Made by a program: the position numbers and the translations under genes. 59,062 nucleotides of DNA from a virus (lineage: Duplodnaviria > Caudoviricetes). Below the pieces are notes generated by a model. It saw nothing but the letters and a program-made list of their open reading frames with translations. It did no database searches and was not told the origin of the DNA. This document shows positions 55,813 to 59,062 of the stretch, piece after piece. Each line of letters begins with the position of its first letter. Position 1 is the first letter of the stretch. Location: positions 1-59,062 of the IMG/VR virus record IMGVR_UViG_3300020178_000191; one strand, given 5' to 3'.

Positions 55813-56107
55813 TAATTATTGCCTCTATATGTGTATAACCTAATTGTAAAGCTCTTGTTACTCTTTGACTTCCTTTATACACACTAAATTCTTTTTCTTT
55901 ATATCTTACACCTAAAGCACCAAATCTAGGAGTTGATATTATTTTATGTTTTATAACCTCGATAGGATTTTCCATTATATCAGTTATCACATCAACACCT
56001 TGATCTAATTTAGTTTTATATTTTTCGTAATGTTTATTATAAACTAAATCACTTATCTTCAGTATCGTCTTGTTCGGGTGTGATCGTTTTGCTTTTAATA
56101 TTTTCAT
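55805..56107 (-). CDS. small hypothetical protein, possibly ParB-N-like
   Basis: VYKGSQRVTRALQLGYTHIEA resembles the ParB DG.HR..A...LG motif. Confidence 0.45.
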   Translation of the reverse strand: MKILKAKRSHPNKTILKISDLVYNKHYEKYKTKLDQGVDVITDIMENPIEVIKHKIISTPRFGALGVRYKEKEFSVYKGSQRVTRALQLGYTHIEAIINE

Positions 56108-56507
56108 TTTTTAACATTTTCTGTAATTCAGCGGTTGATCCAACAAATAATGCGTTTTTTATATTAGCACTTGCCGTTTTAGGTAACTCTTTTAGGTCTT
56201 TAAGTTTCTTTTGTAAGTCTTGTAGTTTATCTACGGTGTCCGCAACGTTTTTAATTAAGGCACCAGCCACCTCATAGGCTCTCGGATGTTGTCCTTCACG
56301 TGCAACATCAAGTATGCCTTCTATGGCTTCTTGTCCTCTTTCTATCAGATTGTAATAGTTTTCTCTACTATACTTGTAATCGTTATCAACGTCTGGAGAT
56401 TCTTTATTTTCTCTACGTGGGACTAGAGGTTTAAATTCTTTTTTCTCAACAGGTGTTTTTGTTTCGACACCTAATATTTCATTAACTCTATCTTCTAATT
56501 TACTCAT
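56049..56507 (-). CDS. gp16: terminase small subunit
   Basis: DYKYSR, HPRAYEV, LFVGSTAEL. Confidence 0.9.
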   Translation of the reverse strand: MSKLEDRVNEILGVETKTPVEKKEFKPLVPRRENKESPDVDNDYKYSRENYYNLIERGQEAIEGILDVAREGQHPRAYEVAGALIKNVADTVDKLQDLQKKLKDLKELPKTASANIKNALFVGSTAELQKMLKNENIKSKTITPEQDDTEDK

Positions 56508-57310
56508 TATATATCATTTCCTGATTCTGGATCATATCGTTTTCCATCATTATAAAAATTTATTGTAGTTGTAAATCCAAAATCATCATTTGCGTCAGCA
56601 CTTGTTGGATTAGGTGTTATAATAATTCTTTCTTCTCTTGTTAAAGGAGAATCTGTATCTGTACCAATATCTGCTTGTACTGTTTTAATAACTTTTTGTG
56701 TTGATGCTGGTCCATATAGATAAGTTTTTGCTGTAAAACTTAAAGAATAAATTACAGCACGTCTTTGTGTAAAAGCACCATCATATGAATCTTCATATTG
56801 TATATTATTTAAAATTATAGGTACATCTCTTTTAATATTTAATTCAGGAACCTGATTGATTGTTACAGTATAATCAGGTTGAAAGAAAGGTAAGATTTGT
56901 TCTATAATTTGTAATCCACTTTCTGCTGTTGCTGTAAAAACATTTAAATTATATGATATATCATATGGAACAGGAGTATAATTGTAATCTAATATTTTAC
57001 CTTCAATATTTGATTTGACTGTTTTATATTTCTGTACTCTTGTTAATTTACGAGCACCGTCATATTGTATTCCTGATATTTCAAATGACATACGTGGTAA
57101 CGTGATTGCCATTTCTCTTTCATTTAAATTTGGTTGTTGATCTAATCTCGTTAAAAACTTTTCTTTTGGTGCATATGCTAATGGCACTCGAATAGTTTGT
57201 ACAACTGTATTGTTTGAGTCTTTTCTTTTGATTTGTATGTTATTAAAGATTTGACCAAACGCAATTGTCGTTTTTCTCATACCTTCGTTATAAAAATATT
57301 TTCCAAACAT
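56507..57310 (-). CDS. gp15: tail sheath stabiliser / terminator
   Basis: FGQIFNNI, VPLAYAPKEKF, LPRMSFE, QILPFFQP. Confidence 0.93.
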   Translation of the reverse strand: MFGKYFYNEGMRKTTIAFGQIFNNIQIKRKDSNNTVVQTIRVPLAYAPKEKFLTRLDQQPNLNEREMAITLPRMSFEISGIQYDGARKLTRVQKYKTVKSNIEGKILDYNYTPVPYDISYNLNVFTATAESGLQIIEQILPFFQPDYTVTINQVPELNIKRDVPIILNNIQYEDSYDGAFTQRRAVIYSLSFTAKTYLYGPASTQKVIKTVQADIGTDTDSPLTREERIIITPNPTSADANDDFGFTTTINFYNDGKRYDPESGNDI

Positions 57311-58593
57311 TATAAATCTACCTCTCCAAATGGATTACGTTCTTCAAAATCTAATATATCATCTAAAGTTGAAGCTGTATCAAATCCTGCTTCAGTATCT
57401 AAATCAGTATTGTTTGCATAGGTCGATTGAGTTTGTATATCAAAATCTTCATTAATAAAGTATTGAACTTGACCATCTGCACTATCATTTTCTAATAATA
57501 ATGATCCTGTAGCATCTGTATTTTCTGATATAGTAACTGTAGGTGACAATCCTAAATAACTTGAACCATCTACTGTAATATTAATTCTATCAATAACTCC
57601 ATTTGATAAAATCGCCTGAGCAGTTGCTGTAACAGCACCACCAGGACTGGATATAGATACACTTGTAACAGAAGAAATGTCATTAATTGTTGGCACAGAA
57701 ATTGCAGTTACTTGTCCATCTGTTAACGTTATAATTGCTGTTTCATCTGTTTTAGTTGAAGTATCTGTTGACACATAAGTTAATGTTAAGGTAGGAACTG
57801 AACTATATCCACGACCTATGTTATCAATATTAAATGAGGTCAATGTATCTCCAGTTACATTTGCTGATGCTACAGCATTTATTGTAGCAGAAGGACTAGA
57901 TATAGTAATGGTTGGGGCTGTAATATATCCCTCTCCACCTGATATAACCGGTATCGAGGTAACTTGATCTCCTGTTACAACTGGATTTCCTAAAACAGCA
58001 CCAAATGTTCCATTTTCTAAAGCAGATTGATATGCTAATCTGTCTAGTGAATAAGCAGTTTCATTATCATCAATTTGAGAATTGCCTGTATTTAATTGTT
58101 CTGAACTGTATTCCCAACGTGTTACTCTTAATTTGTAAACTGGTAATTGTCCTAATGCAAAGAAAGGTTCCTGATCTTCAACAAATTGAATTTCAAAAAA
58201 GGAATTCATTAATGGATAAAAAATAATATCACCTTCGTTTGGTCTTCCAGAAGCAATTAAGCTTGCTTTTTGACCTACTTGATATTCCCAACTTCTTTTA
58301 GACACCATAAATGTAGTGTCTTCTCTAATCTCTAATCCAAATTTAGATATTAATTCTTGTGAACCTGCAAATCCTTCAGACGTTTCAATATACATTTCAA
58401 TTAACCAAGAGTCATCAAACCTAGAAGTAGTATCTTCTCCTAGTATTAAATCTCTATTGACTAGTGTACGTGGCAGGTAATAAACATCGTGGCCATATAT
58501 CTTTAGGCCTTCAACAATTAAATCTTCGTATAATCTTTTTTCGTTTTGATCACCAATGCCGTTGCCACCTTGAAAGTAATGATTAACTGGCAT
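57310..58593 (-). CDS. gp14: neck protein with internal beta-repeat insertion
   Basis: YGHDVYYLPR, SKFGLEIR, RPNEGD, NPFGE C-terminus. Confidence 0.9.
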   Translation of the reverse strand: MPVNHYFQGGNGIGDQNEKRLYEDLIVEGLKIYGHDVYYLPRTLVNRDLILGEDTTSRFDDSWLIEMYIETSEGFAGSQELISKFGLEIREDTTFMVSKRSWEYQVGQKASLIASGRPNEGDIIFYPLMNSFFEIQFVEDQEPFFALGQLPVYKLRVTRWEYSSEQLNTGNSQIDDNETAYSLDRLAYQSALENGTFGAVLGNPVVTGDQVTSIPVISGGEGYITAPTITISSPSATINAVASANVTGDTLTSFNIDNIGRGYSSVPTLTLTYVSTDTSTKTDETAIITLTDGQVTAISVPTINDISSVTSVSISSPGGAVTATAQAILSNGVIDRINITVDGSSYLGLSPTVTISENTDATGSLLLENDSADGQVQYFINEDFDIQTQSTYANNTDLDTEAGFDTASTLDDILDFEERNPFGEVDL

Positions 58594-58597
58594 ATCA

Positions 58598-59062
58598 TTA
58601 TCCTATCATAAAAGTTGGATTCAATTCGTATGATTCTCTAATTTCTTTTTCTAGTTTATCTAAATCTGCTTGTGCTTCGCTGTAAATTTGTTGACCATTT
58701 AAAGTTACACCACCAACCATTGTAACTCCATTAAACTTAGATAGATTAGCACCCCATTGTTTTTTAAATAATTGTGTTGTATATCTCTTTAAATAGATAT
58801 CATTCCATACATCTGTATATGTTGCGGGATCAAGTTTACGATATGCTTCTATAACTAACCATTCATCTGTTTGCAAATCGTTTGTCCAATCCATATCAAT
58901 GTATAATCTATTTTCGTGTTGATTAAATCTTAATGGTTTTTCACCTACTAATATGTGATCTAAAAAGTCTAAGTGTCTTAATACAATATCATAATTGATT
59001 ACAGACGTTGAAGAAAAATCATACAAGTCATTTAATCTTAATTGATATCTTACATCAAATAG
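58598..59062 (-). CDS. gp13: neck protein (5' part outside the window)
   Basis: KKQWGANLSKF.GV...GGVTLNG. Confidence 0.9.
   Translation of the reverse strand, partial: LFDVRYQLRLNDLYDFSSTSVINYDIVLRHLDFLDHILVGEKPLRFNQHENRLYIDMDWTNDLQTDEWLVIEAYRKLDPATYTDVWNDIYLKRYTTQLFKKQWGANLSKFNGVTMVGGVTLNGQQIYSEAQADLDKLEKEIRESYELNPTFMIG

Noticed and set aside
205-58226. All plus-strand ORFs in the supplied track
   Set aside because: They are antisense shadows of well-supported minus-strand genes, with Ser/Phe/Leu-rich composition and no recognisable motifs
1-59062. CRISPR arrays, introns, inteins, homing endonucleases, IS elements or stop-codon recoding
   Set aside because: No repeat-spacer arrays seen; core genes (gp43, gp41, gp17, gp20, gp23) are of normal length and uninterrupted under the standard code

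Overview
A 59-kb, AT-rich segment of a T4-like (Tevenvirinae/Kyanoviridae-type) marine myophage. It resembles pelagiphage HTVC008M-type phages, and the host is probably an alphaproteobacterium such as SAR11 (inferred from the low GC, bS21/peptide deformylase/ferredoxin genes and alphaproteobacterial RpoH- and LexA-type motifs). Essentially all genes are on the minus strand. Reading right to left: neck, terminase, tail and head genes (gp13-gp23, gp3); uvsY, uvsW, gp55, gp47, gp46; an accessory block (peptide deformylase, DUF4338/DruA-like GNAT, CobT/CobS, bS21, Hsp20, DUF262-HNH, Dam, peroxiredoxin, two tRNA-Gly); the replisome (gp45, gp44, gp62, regA, gp43, uvsX, gp41) interleaved with RimK, ferredoxin, MT-A70 and a second DUF4338-like gene; a late cluster of enzymes and basic proteins, many with T4 capsid-targeting-like N-termini; and a holin/spanin lysis cassette. 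Most notable: (1) the only two tRNAs are both Gly, both lack the TTC T-loop and GG D-loop consensus, and they co-occur with two Mom/DruA-like GNAT paralogues, suggesting a Gly-tRNA-dependent DNA hypermodification system with dedicated donor tRNAs; (2) a putatively capsid-packaged ligase/kinase/nucleotidyltransferase set resembling an RNA-repair or anti-defence kit; (3) several candidate small RNAs and host-type regulatory sites. All family assignments come from motif recognition and synteny, not from database searches.
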